Virus record (IMG/VR): IMGVR_UViG_3300040801_001572 | Coordinates: 1-64,000 of that record | From: a virus | Reading direction: 5' to 3' (one strand) | Length of the DNA: 64,000 bases | Shown: positions 17,295 through 28,554 of the stretch, piece by piece | Layout: the number at the start of each line of letters is the position of its first letter | Numbering within the stretch: the first letter of the stretch is position 1 | Notes under the pieces: generated by a model | Told to the model about the DNA's origin: nothing | The model's database searches: none | Seen by the model: only the letters and a program-made list of their open reading frames with translations | Program-made: the position numbers and the translations under genes

Positions 17295-18044
17295 ATGCAC
17301 AACCTGAGCCAACTCAAGCGTGAATGTGAACAGCGCATTGAAGAGACCATCCAGAAGGTTGAAGCACACTACGACATCGAGTTCCCCCGTGTGCCTATCG
17401 TGTGGAGTCGCAAGATGACATCCACTGCTGGTACTGCTCGGTACTCGCGATTGACCTACAAGCCCGTTCGCATCACACTGAGCGAGCCCTTGCTGAAACT
17501 GAACCCCACTGAGTTCGTGGACGACACCCCTGCCCACGAAGCAGTACACCTGCTGGCCAACTTCATTCACCAAACGGACTGTGGTCATGGTCCCAAGTGG
17601 AAGAGCATGATGCGCTTGGTAGGTGCACCCACAGATCGTACTCACAACATGGAGACGCCCAAGACTGGTACCGCACACCACTGTCGCTGTCGTGTGTATC
17701 ACCTGGGCCCAGTTCGCACTCGCAAGATTGCCAACGGCTTAGCTTACACCTGCAAGACCTGTAAGCACAAGCTGGTAAGGGGCATGGGTCCTTTCCAGTC
17801 AGCCAGTGACCGAGTAGAGGTCCGCCCTGAGAAGCCGCAGGAGAAACTGTTCCGCCCCGAAACTGAGTCAGGTACCAAGAGCTCCATGGTGCGTGATTGG
17901 ATCCGCAAGTTTCAGAAGTCGGGCATCATGGACGCGAATGTGATCTGCGGCTCGGACAAGATCATGAGTGAGATCTGTGCATCAACTGGTTTGGATCTCG
18001 CCCTGGCCCGCAAGTATGTACGCAACAACTGGAGCAAGGTATGA
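17295..18044 (+). CDS. SprT-like zinc metalloprotease
   Basis: AGxA, HEAVH (HExxH), HGPKWK, CxC/CxxC; promoter at 17234. Confidence 0.85.
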   Translation: MHNLSQLKRECEQRIEETIQKVEAHYDIEFPRVPIVWSRKMTSTAGTARYSRLTYKPVRITLSEPLLKLNPTEFVDDTPAHEAVHLLANFIHQTDCGHGPKWKSMMRLVGAPTDRTHNMETPKTGTAHHCRCRVYHLGPVRTRKIANGLAYTCKTCKHKLVRGMGPFQSASDRVEVRPEKPQEKLFRPETESGTKSSMVRDWIRKFQKSGIMDANVICGSDKIMSEICASTGLDLALARKYVRNNWSKV

Positions 18045-18613
18045 AGCGACTGGCACGTAAGATGGCAGGCCCACTGTGCTTGATACTGATGGGCGCACTG
18101 TTCGGACTGGTAATAGGAGTACAACTATGAACTGGCTCAAGTTTGTGGGAGCACTGGTAATCTTGCTCCTCATATCGTTCATGGCAGTGAGAGCATTCCA
18201 AATGCTGTGCGAAGACCAGGGGTCAGACGAATGAGACTGATACCTTTCTTGTTGCTCATTGTGTTTCTAATGGGCGCACTGATCACTGTGATGCTATCGG
18301 AATGGGATGCCCAGTATGAAAGAAGCCAAGCGGAAAGAGTCAGAGATGCCATTGGTCATGTGTCTACCCGTGATCATATGGATCGTGTGTGAACTCAGTT
18401 ACAGAGTGTAGGAGGAAGGTAATGTACAGCCCTAGAAGAGGATGGGTGATACACCATATAGTCATACTGGTTATCAACGCAGTGGGCTTTGGTGCGCTGA
18501 TGCCCATCGACGCGATCGCGTACAAGATGCTGACTGCCTTGGGAGCAATGACATCCACTTGGCTGCTACTGAGCGAAGTGTTTCGAAAGGCACCCGAGGA
18601 GAGCAGTGACTGA
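18041..18613 (+). other. four coupled small membrane ORFs (18041-18130, 18127-18234, 18231-18392, 18422-18613)
   Basis: ATGA overlaps or SD; 1-2 hydrophobic segments each. Confidence 0.65.
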
Positions 18614-19004
18614 GTGACTTCCTAAAATATCCCACGGAGCCGGCTGTGTGCTGAAAACCCCAGAACTTGGAAGCCGGTGGCAATCCGCTACTCAAATTTT
18701 TTGGGTACAGTATAGGCCTCCCCTCCGTATACTATTAATGCCCCTCTCTAGAACTATTCACTAACTGTGTGCTCTACTGTATATGCATAATCTGTGTTCT
18801 CAATCTGGGTGAGCTAGATATATGGGCAAATCTCACTTTAACTTGTAAAAATACCCCTCAAACCGGGCAAAATCACAGAACAAATCCGGTCTGCATAATG
18901 TGAGCAAGGGTTTTGGTTTTTGAATGTATTCGACCCGAAATCATAAGTTGACTATTCACTAACTGTGCTGTACAGTGTGAGCTCTATTAACTGAGTTACT
19001 CACT
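18614..19004. other. non-coding gap with a direct repeat and promoter-like motif
   Basis: actattcactaactgtg at ~18753 and ~18951; TTGACT-17-TACAGT at 18948. Confidence 0.5.
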
Positions 19005-20587
19005 ATGCACAAGCGTCAAGTACAAGGTATTCAATTTGAAGCGGGCTACACAGGCTTTATGGTTGGTTTAGGGATAGCTATGAGCATGGCAGCATTTCAG
19101 CAAAGTGAAACATTCATAGGTTGGGTGTTTGCTGTGGGTAGCTTGTCACTTTTTGGCTTGTTTGTACGCAACTACATTCGTGCACCAGGAGAAACAGATT
19201 AATGTTTAACTCATTCTTTTTAGGTGTGCTGTTTGCAAGCTCTACCATAGTGAGCGTGTCAGCAGTGGTAGGTGCAGGTCCATTTTCAATAGCGCTAGCA
19301 AGTGGTGCTATCAGTGTAGCTTCACTGTTTGGGTTTTGGTATATTTCACGATGACATTCAATTCTGTACAACTCAATCGTTTTACTGGGGCAGTATTCAC
19401 TGTGCTGGGTTTTGTGCTGCTGGGTTCCGAAACAGATGCTCACTTGGGGATATGCTTGCTGGCAGGAATGGGCATATTTGTAGGTGGGGTATTCACAGGA
19501 GCAGCTACTCGTGAGTAACTTGGATAGATTCACTGCCGTTGTTACTGCGGTTTGGTACTTGGTATTCGTGCCCTGGTTTGTGATCACATTTACTGATTCT
19601 GCGTGGGCGTGGTTTGTGCTGGGTGTGATTGTGGTCCTAGCACTGGTTGATCTGTATGTGCTTTGTGTACATCGTGTGTGGCCATGGCAGTGGTATCGGC
19701 TTAGAGAGGAACACAATGACTAAATGGGCGTGGGCTGCGGCAGCGGCGGCGTGGTTCAGTCTAGCGGTGTGGGTCTTGTTTCTCGACCTGGGCCCAGATT
19801 GCCAGCCGGATATCAGCCAGAGCTGTGTGCTGGTGCCAGCCCTAGGTCTAGCTGTGTTTGTGGCTCTGTGTGCTGTGTGCATGGCACAAGCTGTGTGTTA
19901 TCCCGGAGAGGCAGATGACTAAACTGACCAAACTGTTGATCTGTGGTGGTAGTTTGATTGTGGGTGGTACTGCTATGACTCTTGCGGGCTCGGATCTGGG
20001 CTTGATCGGATGCTTTCTGGGTGGACTGCTCTTAGGTCGAGCTGTTAGACTGTGGGATTCAGGAGAAAACCTGTGAGCTTTCGACCTTTCCGTGATCTGC
20101 GAGACAACTTTACTCTAATTGCGTTTGCAGCAGGTGTTTCGGTTGGAGCGTTCCTAACTGCTCCTTCGGTGACTACTCTGCTGGCTGTGGTGGGTTGTGC
20201 TGTAGTTACCCGACTGGCCTATCTTAGATCGGAGAAAACTGATGAATTTTAATCCTATTGAAAACCCCCTAGATGAGCTGTGTGTGAACTGCTTTATCTC
20301 AGGTATCCTGGCAACCATGTGCTATTTTCGGCCCAGCTTTCTAGCTGCGTTCTGTGTGTCGGTTGCTATTATCCTTACTTACCGAGCCTATTCTAAAACT
20401 CGGCAGGAGATGACAGATGAAGTTTAACCCCTTTGAAAACTCTATTGATATGTTGACTGTCCAAGCTGTTCTTTCGGGCGCGATCCTGGGAGTGTTTGTC
20501 AGTAATAAGCCCAGTATGGTTGGTGCTGTGTTTCTGGGACTGGCAGCAGTGTTCCTGGTCCAAGCATACAGGCGTGTGCGAAGATAA
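19005..20587 (+). other. nine small 2-TM ORFs (19005-19202, 19202-19354, 19351-19518, 19511-19723, 19716-19922, 19915-20076, 20073-20252, 20242-20427, 20417-20587)
   Basis: continuous start/stop overlaps; hydrophobic; last three are paralogs. Confidence 0.7.
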
Positions 20588-20639
20588 CTGTGCTGATAAT
20601 TGTTCAGGGAGAAACCAGCGCTAGCGGCGGGCTGCGGCG

Positions 20640-23600
20640 GTGAGATCCGAACTCCACAGCTTCCTGGGCGTGATCCTTCTGCTCTGGAACTGTTTTCAAA
20701 CAGGCATGACTGCGATCATATTCTCCATTGAGCAGTTCGGTGATCTAAACGTTGTGGTTGCGGGTCTTATGCTTGGGTTTGGTATGTGGTACACCATGAA
20801 CTTCGCTGGGCATTGGATGGATCCAAGAAGCACCGAGGAACAACTGGGTGGGTGAAACTGGTGTACTTTTACTGTGCATAGTGATCACGGTGTGGTACCT
20901 AGTCACAGTGTCTTTGACTGCTGCACTGCTAGGACACTATGTTGATGTGAGTGATGCTCTGCTGGTGTTCTTTTGGGGTATTGCTACCTGCGCGAATGTG
21001 ATCAATTATATGGAAAGTGTACACCTGGAGAGTCGTTTATGAACCCGGGATTTGTAGCTGTGCACATCGGTCAGATCATATGGTACTGGGCACTGGCTAG
21101 CTTGTGTTCTGAAGCGATGTATGCTGCTAATGAACTTTGGTGGGTTAGCAAACCGGCCACTGTGAGCTCAGTGGCTATTCCTATCATGCTTCACTGCCTC
21201 AACAACTTGATCAGCATGGACGACTTTTAATGCTCATGCCCTTTCGAACTGCTCTTGGTGTGATTGTGATCCTGTGGTGTTGCACACTGGGCGGTGCAGT
21301 GGCCCAGGCACTAGAGTTAGTGGAAACAGCACTGAACTGGCCCCGGGGCATTTTATCTCTCAGTTGGATGGTGTTCACAGTGTATTCTGCACTGAACTGG
21401 GTAGACGGTGTAGCGCCAGAGGAGATGGAGTGGTGAGTGGCTGGCAAATGACACTGGGTGTATGCTTCATAGTATGGTGGAGCTCGGTTGCTTCGAGCAT
21501 AACCACATTCTGGATATTTTACGGCATGAACTTGGGTGACATACCTGTTGTGCTGTGTGTGCTGACTCTGTGCCTCGTGAACAGTTTTCGATGTGCCGAA
21601 CTGTGCTGGAATCCGCAGCAGTGGTACTATAGGATGATGCTGCAATGATAAGTCCGTGGGAACTGCTTGGTACTCTGTGTACCATAGTATGGTGTATGTT
21701 TATGATCAGTCTCATACTGTCTGTATCACTGTACATTGTGTCTCCTTATCTTTTGAGCGCGATTGCCATAGCAGTGTCGATAGTTTCTACTGTGCTGTTT
21801 GGTCTCAATCTTTCAGAAATTATACATCCCACCCCCCGTTCTCCCGGTGACTTTTTTAGCCATGGATTTTAGTCCGGGGTGGTTAACGGTTCACAGCACA
21901 CTACAGATAGTGACCTGTAGCTTAGGCGCTGTGTACTGTGCACAAAGTTTCACAGAAGCCGGAGTGCTGGTATCAATGCTGTTTGTGTTTACCACGTGGT
22001 GGTTGTTCAACATGCTGGAATATTGCTGGGAAGAGCAGAGGGCACCCCTATGAGTTTTCGCACTAGGGCCACAGTGTTTTGGTTTTTTGCACAGTACATG
22101 ATAGTGTCAAGTGGAATACTGATTTCGATGCCAGGAAATGGAGCTCTTCCAATCGCAATAGGGTTCGTACTGTTTAACATTCATGCGTGTTATAACTTTG
22201 ATCGAGAGCCCCAATCAACAATATGGTACTGGCATGAGTGAATCGCAATACATGGACATAGCTTCTTTTGGTGCTCTCTGGTGTATAGCACTGGGTGTAC
22301 TTGGAGGCTGGTTCTGCTTGAACTACAATGCAGTGTGGGCACTTCTGTACATGGCGATGTGCGCTGGCACAGGACTGAACTGGATTTTCTGGTGTGTTAG
22401 TCAGACACATTATTTCCATTTTCGATTCGGAGATGCCTAAGTGACTGGCAGAAGCCGGCCCAGGTCTGGCAGCTCTAGCTGGCTGTTCATAATCTCATCG
22501 GTCAGCTATGGCTTTGCAGGCAGTACCATGTTCATGTTGATACTAATGGGCATCCTAAATGATCCAATCACTGTATCAGCTGCACTGGTGGTAGGAACAC
22601 TGTATATTCATCAGATTCATCTGTTTGTGAAGCTAATACCGTGACAGTTCAGTTTCGTTGGATATTTTTATTAGTGCTATTTGTGTGCATAGGCAACAGT
22701 GTGTACAGCACCTGCTTAGAAAACTTTGAGCATCCTGAGTTAGTGTTGGGCTCAATGACTGCGATGATGGTAAACTTCGGTACTGTAATGAACTTAGCTC
22801 GTTGTGCTCAATCGTGACTAGTGGAACAAAACATACCCTTGTACAGTTACTGAACCTAGTAACATGGGGTGCAATTGCAGTACTGTGTAACCACATCGAG
22901 GTCAGTCCCCACCCTGCTGTGAGCTTTTTACTGTGGTTCTTTTTGGTAGTGACCACAGTGTTGCTATTTCTTCATCCTTTTTGTTATTATGCACAAGGAC
23001 GAAGCGACAAGGGATCAACGGAACCATGGTAACTGCTACAAAGTCTATCTTGCAGGGTATCCTTGTGCTTTGGATGCTGGCTAACCTAGCTCTTGCTTTG
23101 TTGGCAATTGGCGGGGGCCTAGGACTACTAGTATTCTGGGGAGATTGGGACGCAGCAGTTACAGCTGGTCACATATTGTATTCCCAGTCGTCGCAGATGA
23201 CATTTGCTGTGTTCGCGTATTCCGAGATCGAAGAGATTTGATATGTTGGCATTGTTTTTCAGTGCAATGACTGTGGTGGCTCTGCTGTTTTATGGAATAG
23301 TGACGTTGCTGTGGCTAGATACTAAACAGTACCATCGTCGAGCAAAAGGATGGTGTGCTTCGGTTATCGTTTCGTCTATGTTTGCGATGTTACTCACAGT
23401 AGGCCTAATTGATTATCAATTAGTCAAACCGGAAGCTCACGCATTGCTAGCTTCGTTTGGTGCACTAAGCGTGTTCGTATTGACAGGGATATACGGAGAT
23501 TTAATTCACGACATGACTTTGATAGATTGGTGGGACGATGACAGTTAACATTCAGGTGATGGTTAACAAATTATCATTCTTTATACACGTCGGTCTGTTT

Positions 23601-23947
23601 GTGGCTATCGCACTGAGCATGGTGTTCCGAGGTGTGCACGATATTGTGACTGAGTGCCTGTTCTTTAGTCTGCTTGTGATAATTCCCTTAGGTATGGGCT
23701 TTGGTTCGGAGGATGAATGAAACTTACAAATCTTTTGTGTCCAGCTGATCTTTCATCTGCTAGCAACTCGGAACTGGTGTTAATGTTCTTTCGGCAGAGT
23801 TTCAGTCTAGCAGTGACTCTTATTCTGTCGTTGCTTGCATGGCACTGGTGGATCCTTGTGTTGTTGGCCTTCCTTGCTTGGTTGTCTGGATCGTTCTGCT
23901 ATCACGGATGGCAAGAGCTTGAGCGTCGGCTAGACAGTGACAGTTGA
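20640..23947 (+). other. sixteen small membrane ORFs (starts 20640, 20848, 21039, 21230, 21433, 21645, 21862, 22050, 22234, 22441, 22641, 22814, 23026, 23243, 23538, 23717)
   Basis: overlapping or abutting starts/stops; about 2 TM segments each; Trp/Cys-rich. Confidence 0.65.
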
Positions 23948-24145
23948 AGAACTCATAACTGCCTTTTTCTCTGCCACGTGCTTCTGTTCTGTGATGACCG
24001 CAGGGCTCGTTGTGCAATCGGCAGGACTGGGATGTGTGATGCTGTATTTCACACTGCTGTTCATGCTACCAATGGTTTCCGACGATATGTCGCCTGGATT
24101 GCTTTGATCTAATAAATAACTGCATCACTGTTGTTGGAGATATCG

Positions 24146-27100
24146 ATGCACTGGCCGTGGCAACCGAAACAGAACGAACTGGACAGCCAATCCTTGCGTC
24201 GCCTAAAACAGTGGTACAGAATTCTCCTCGCTTCACGTTATATCTTTACTGCTGCACTGCTAATATCTTTGCTTGTGCTGATATCAAACTCACTGTTTGT
24301 GCCTTGCTTAATCTTACCCCTTATGTGGTGGTATATGTGGTGGATTTTGGGCAAATTTATCGACGATGTGGTGGATTATGCCCAAGACATCGTGGTATAC
24401 GATCATTGTCCTAAATTCAAGCACAAAATCTAATTGACATTACCACAGTTTGGTGCCATACTTCACTGAACTAAATGTGTTGCTAGAGGAAACACTGTGA
24501 CCGCTAATCGTATTGGGCCAGGCTGGCTAATCTTCATGGGTGTTATTTTTGTGCTACAGGCCCTAGGCGCTGTTGCTCTTCAAACAGCATCAGAAATTCT
24601 CGCATTTGTTGGCATCGGCTGTTTCTTTGTGTACGAGCTTGTACGCTACATGCGACAGGTAGAATGGTCCGATTGGCATCGTAATCAATTCTTTGCATTC
24701 GGGTGTTTCTTTCTCATGATGGCATTTTATGCAGACCCAGATCCGTCTGGGTTTGGACAGGTCTTGAAATGGTTCTACATACTGGGCACAGTGTGGTTCA
24801 CTTTCGGACTCATCGGAATCTACTATCAGTCAGTGAGAGGCGAAGATGATTAAATATGTGCTGATCCTGTTCATCAATTTTGGTCATCCGGATATTCCCA
24901 GCGACCAGTGGAGCATCTCGGTAACCAAGATCGACAAACAGTTCCAGAGCGAGAAAGACTGTCACCAGTTCGCTCGTGAAATACGAGAAGCAAACAACAT
25001 GTTGAGCAAGGTCACGGAAGCTCACATTTGCCAACCTGTGGAGTTCGAGGCGCCATGAACCAAACGATCAATTGGAAAATCCGTCTGTTCCATACCAAGA
25101 GCAGTTTTTACTGGCTGTGGACCGGAACACTGTTCTTTGGCCTTGCTGCAAGATTCTTGGTGTTACGAGGAACCGTAGAAGCCGAGCAAGTCTCCTTGCT
25201 TACTGTGTGCATAGGCATGCTGTGTGTGAGTGGCACTATTGCTTACGTAATGGCACACAAGGTTCGCCACGAATTTGATAAAGTGAGAGTTTCTAAGTGG
25301 CACAGAGAACGTTACACCGAAGAATAATGGACAGAAATGATCCGGTGTGTAACCTTGCAGGTGCAACACTTTGGTTCATTGTCGCTATCGGTCAGTTTCT
25401 TCTGCTCGAAGATTATCACTCAGAGTCAATACCATTTATGACAGTGATGGTTGCGGTTTCCGTTGCATGTTCTGTGCTGTTAGCAACCGGCCAGATATTC
25501 ACTGCATACGAAAACTACACCAAGCACACTGTTGAGTCGATAGAAGTAGCACAGTGGATTCGCTTCCGAAACAGCTAGATCCAGGACGCTACGCAACCAT
25601 GTGTGACTACATTCAGTGTGGCATCGACAATGGTCTGGATATAGAAGAAATCACTCCCTGTGATCTGCATACCGAACTTTGCGACTATGCAGATCTTCCT
25701 CAAGAGTTAGGTATTTCTTCCAGAGATCTACAAACCTATCTTTTTTATTGGTACTGGTTACGATAACAGGATAGCCGCTAAATAACAGTATCAATTCCAA
25801 CGAGGCAGAGATGCTGCAAAAACTGTATTTAGGGCTATGTTTTACTCTGCTGTTTTCTGCAATGGGCTTCTTCTTTCTCGCTGCATACACACTGCACTGG
25901 CTATGGGCAGGCTTAATGATATTGTGCTTAATAGCAGCTCAAGGATCATGGCGACGAATGGAGCGTCTTCAAGACCGTCGGCCTGATTGACAATATCGCC
26001 AACATGTCTTATAATTACGGCATGTCAAACTCTGATAACGAACAACCTATACTGCTCGGCAATTTTTTGCTGTTTTTTGGGCACGCCTTAGGAATTTTCC
26101 TTGCATATCTTACGCTGGGTGCAATATTCGCGCCAGGCGAGAAAGTATGGCTCGGTATACTGTTGATGGGAGGAATCACTGTCTGGCAGGCACGTAGCAC
26201 AGGAATACTCCAGCAAAGAATGAGATCTTTAGAACAAAACGATCATGAAGAATAGAAAACCTAAACCACCTTTTTTGTTTTTTCCGTCTGAGGGGAAGGA
26301 TTTAGACAAGCTGAAAAAAGAGCTGCTGGTTCTAGTGAACGGACTGATCATCGGAATAACAGTTTCTGTGTTGTCGTTTTGGTTTGCATTTACTGTTGCG
26401 ACTATTTTGCCAATGGCCGAGCTTAATCCTGTCTTAGAATTTTTAGCAGTAGCATGGATAGCTGCTACCCTAATCGGCAGCATGTTTCTGTCATATCTGT
26501 CAGTTAGCACAATCAGTTCAATCAGTTCCAAGATCAGAGCGATAAGGAGCAAGAGAAATGACCTCAGGAGTAACACAACGAGCTAAAGACAAGCTGATGG
26601 TTCTTGCTGGTCTAATTTTGTTTTTGTTGGGCACTGTGGTAGGAGTTTACATGAGGCCAGACATACCTAGTCTAGAACCAGTAATGGAAACCTACGCACA
26701 AATGGAAACCCAGTTCTCTAATCTTGCTGCGGCTTGTGCTAGACCGCAGCAAGGCACAGTCACAATTACAGGCGAAGATATTGTCGATGCTGTTCGAAAC
26801 AAACAGCTTCGATTTATCGTCAACACTGAAACTGTCGGAGGCACTCCGGTTAGATGAGTTTCATTGATCATCATCGACTGCAATCTATTACTTCTCGTGC
26901 TGCTAGAACTAATATACGTCAAGTAATGCGTCGAATAAAAGAGAACGAGCAGGAACTGCACGATAAGATCGCAAATACGTTTCATTGCGGATTTGCTTTC
27001 ATGCCGGTTCGACTGTCAAATGGAAAGTGGATCTGGCTCAAGAAATACTATTACAATTTTTTGCCTAAAGAAACACGACCGGGCGACAAATACTTTTCGT

Positions 27101-27271
27101 CATTGGTAAGGTACGTTCCTAGTCGCAAAAAAGACATAAAATTAACCCCAGATGAATATCTCATACGGAAGTTAAAAAATGGCTGAGGTACTAGGCTTCT
27201 TAGTAGTTACTGGGTTTTGTATCGGTTTCTGCTGGCTAGTATACCAAGGCGATCCCTGGAAAAAGAAATGA
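24146..27271 (+). other. further small ORFs, mostly membrane (24146-24433, 24497-24853, 24846-25058, 25055-25327, 25327-25578, 25554-25766, 25811-25990, 26022-26255, 26245-26586, 26558-26857, 26854-27186, 27179-27271)
   Basis: SDs and overlaps; sigma70 promoters at 24435 and 25987; 25554 and 26854 are soluble. Confidence 0.65.
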
Positions 27272-27618
27272 CCCCTTACATACTTAAATTTCCCATATAC
27301 GAAATCTTCGGAAGTGTATACCCGAAGGTTGCAAAGGATATCACGATCGGTAGCTCGAACTTGACTGAGATTTACAACGACCAGGGCGCCGGCGCAAGTC
27401 TAGTGAGGAAGTGTGTAGCAAAGGATAACTTGGTGTTTGAGTTTGAAACAGAAGACGCCATGCTGATGTTTACGTTAGGATGGGATAAGCACAGAATTCG
27501 TGACTGCTATATTAAGTATGTGATACAGTGGCTCAATGATATACTCGATACTAACCCAGGAAGACTTGAAGCCGACTATTACAAGAGTCTTGCTGCTCGC
27601 TTACAAGGTTTGATTTGA
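27268..27618 (+). CDS. small protein, paralog family member 1
   Basis: FEFETEDAMLMFTLGW. Confidence 0.7.
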   Translation: MTPYILKFPIYEIFGSVYPKVAKDITIGSSNLTEIYNDQGAGASLVRKCVAKDNLVFEFETEDAMLMFTLGWDKHRIRDCYIKYVIQWLNDILDTNPGRLEADYYKSLAARLQGLI

Positions 27619-27622
27619 GTCA

Positions 27623-27871
27623 ATGATTACAATCGGCATCATAAACAGTACATCAGAAAAAGAAGAATACAGTATTCGCACTGTAAAGAGTGCTTTAGAT
27701 AGATTGGGTTACACAGAATACGAATCTGTGATTTACGAAGATCAGGAAGTAAAATTGGTACTCACCGAAGAACAAGCAACCCTGTTTAATTTGCAGCTCG
27801 GGAAAGACAAGGTCTTTCAGGAAATTATAGATCACGTAATGGAAAGGACTAACGCATGGCTGAAACCGTAG
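27623..27871 (+). CDS. small protein, paralog family member 2
   Basis: LTEEQATLFNLQLG. Confidence 0.7.
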   Translation: MITIGIINSTSEKEEYSIRTVKSALDRLGYTEYESVIYEDQEVKLVLTEEQATLFNLQLGKDKVFQEIIDHVMERTNAWLKP

Positions 27872-28101
27872 AATTTAGACTAGCCTTACGTAACCTCCCG
27901 GAATTTGTTGATCTATGCAATCAGGCATTACAAGAAATGGGTTATTCCTCTGCTAAGGTTTATTCATACAGACACACAGCACTAAGCACTGAGTTGCTGT
28001 GTTTTTCTCTTTCAGAGCAAGAAGCAACCATTTATAACTTAAAGCACGGTGCTAGCTCTGATCTATTAGAAAAAATGAAAGAATTAGCATTAAAGAGATA
28101 A
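27856..28101 (+). CDS. small protein, paralog family member 3
   Basis: LSEQEATIYNLKHG. Confidence 0.7.
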   Translation: MAETVEFRLALRNLPEFVDLCNQALQEMGYSSAKVYSYRHTALSTELLCFSLSEQEATIYNLKHGASSDLLEKMKELALKR

Positions 28102-28105
28102 TCGA

Positions 28106-28459
28106 ATGCGCAAGACTGTAAGAAACATTTTAAATTGGATTGAGTTAGTTGTTAAGATTGTTTTCGTGATGATTATGATCCCTCTCTCGCCTATCACGGT
28201 ATATCGATTTTGCCGTGCAAAGAGGTTGCCACTTTCTGGTGTACCTTACAGTGATACTACGGAACACCAGATACTGATGCTGTTGCGTGATAAAGAATTA
28301 GACGTTCACTTAATGGATAAGGACCTTTGTGCACTAGGCTGCGACGATTCCGACGAAATGGAAATTTGGTTCAAAAGCAAACACGATGCATCTTTGTTTG
28401 AATTGAAGTACGGTCGAGAACAGCTCAAAAAGGACCTTTTAAAGCAATACTGGGTATAA
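28106..28459 (+). CDS. membrane-anchored protein, paralog family member 4
   Basis: N-terminal TM; WFKSKHDASLFELKYG. Confidence 0.7.
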   Translation: MRKTVRNILNWIELVVKIVFVMIMIPLSPITVYRFCRAKRLPLSGVPYSDTTEHQILMLLRDKELDVHLMDKDLCALGCDDSDEMEIWFKSKHDASLFELKYGREQLKKDLLKQYWV

Positions 28460-28554
28460 ACAAGACCAGAGCACACAATATGTATACTCTGGCCTTAAAA
28501 ATAGCAATTTTCGGTGAATTAATCACGGAAAACTGCTGAATTTGCCCTACTCTA

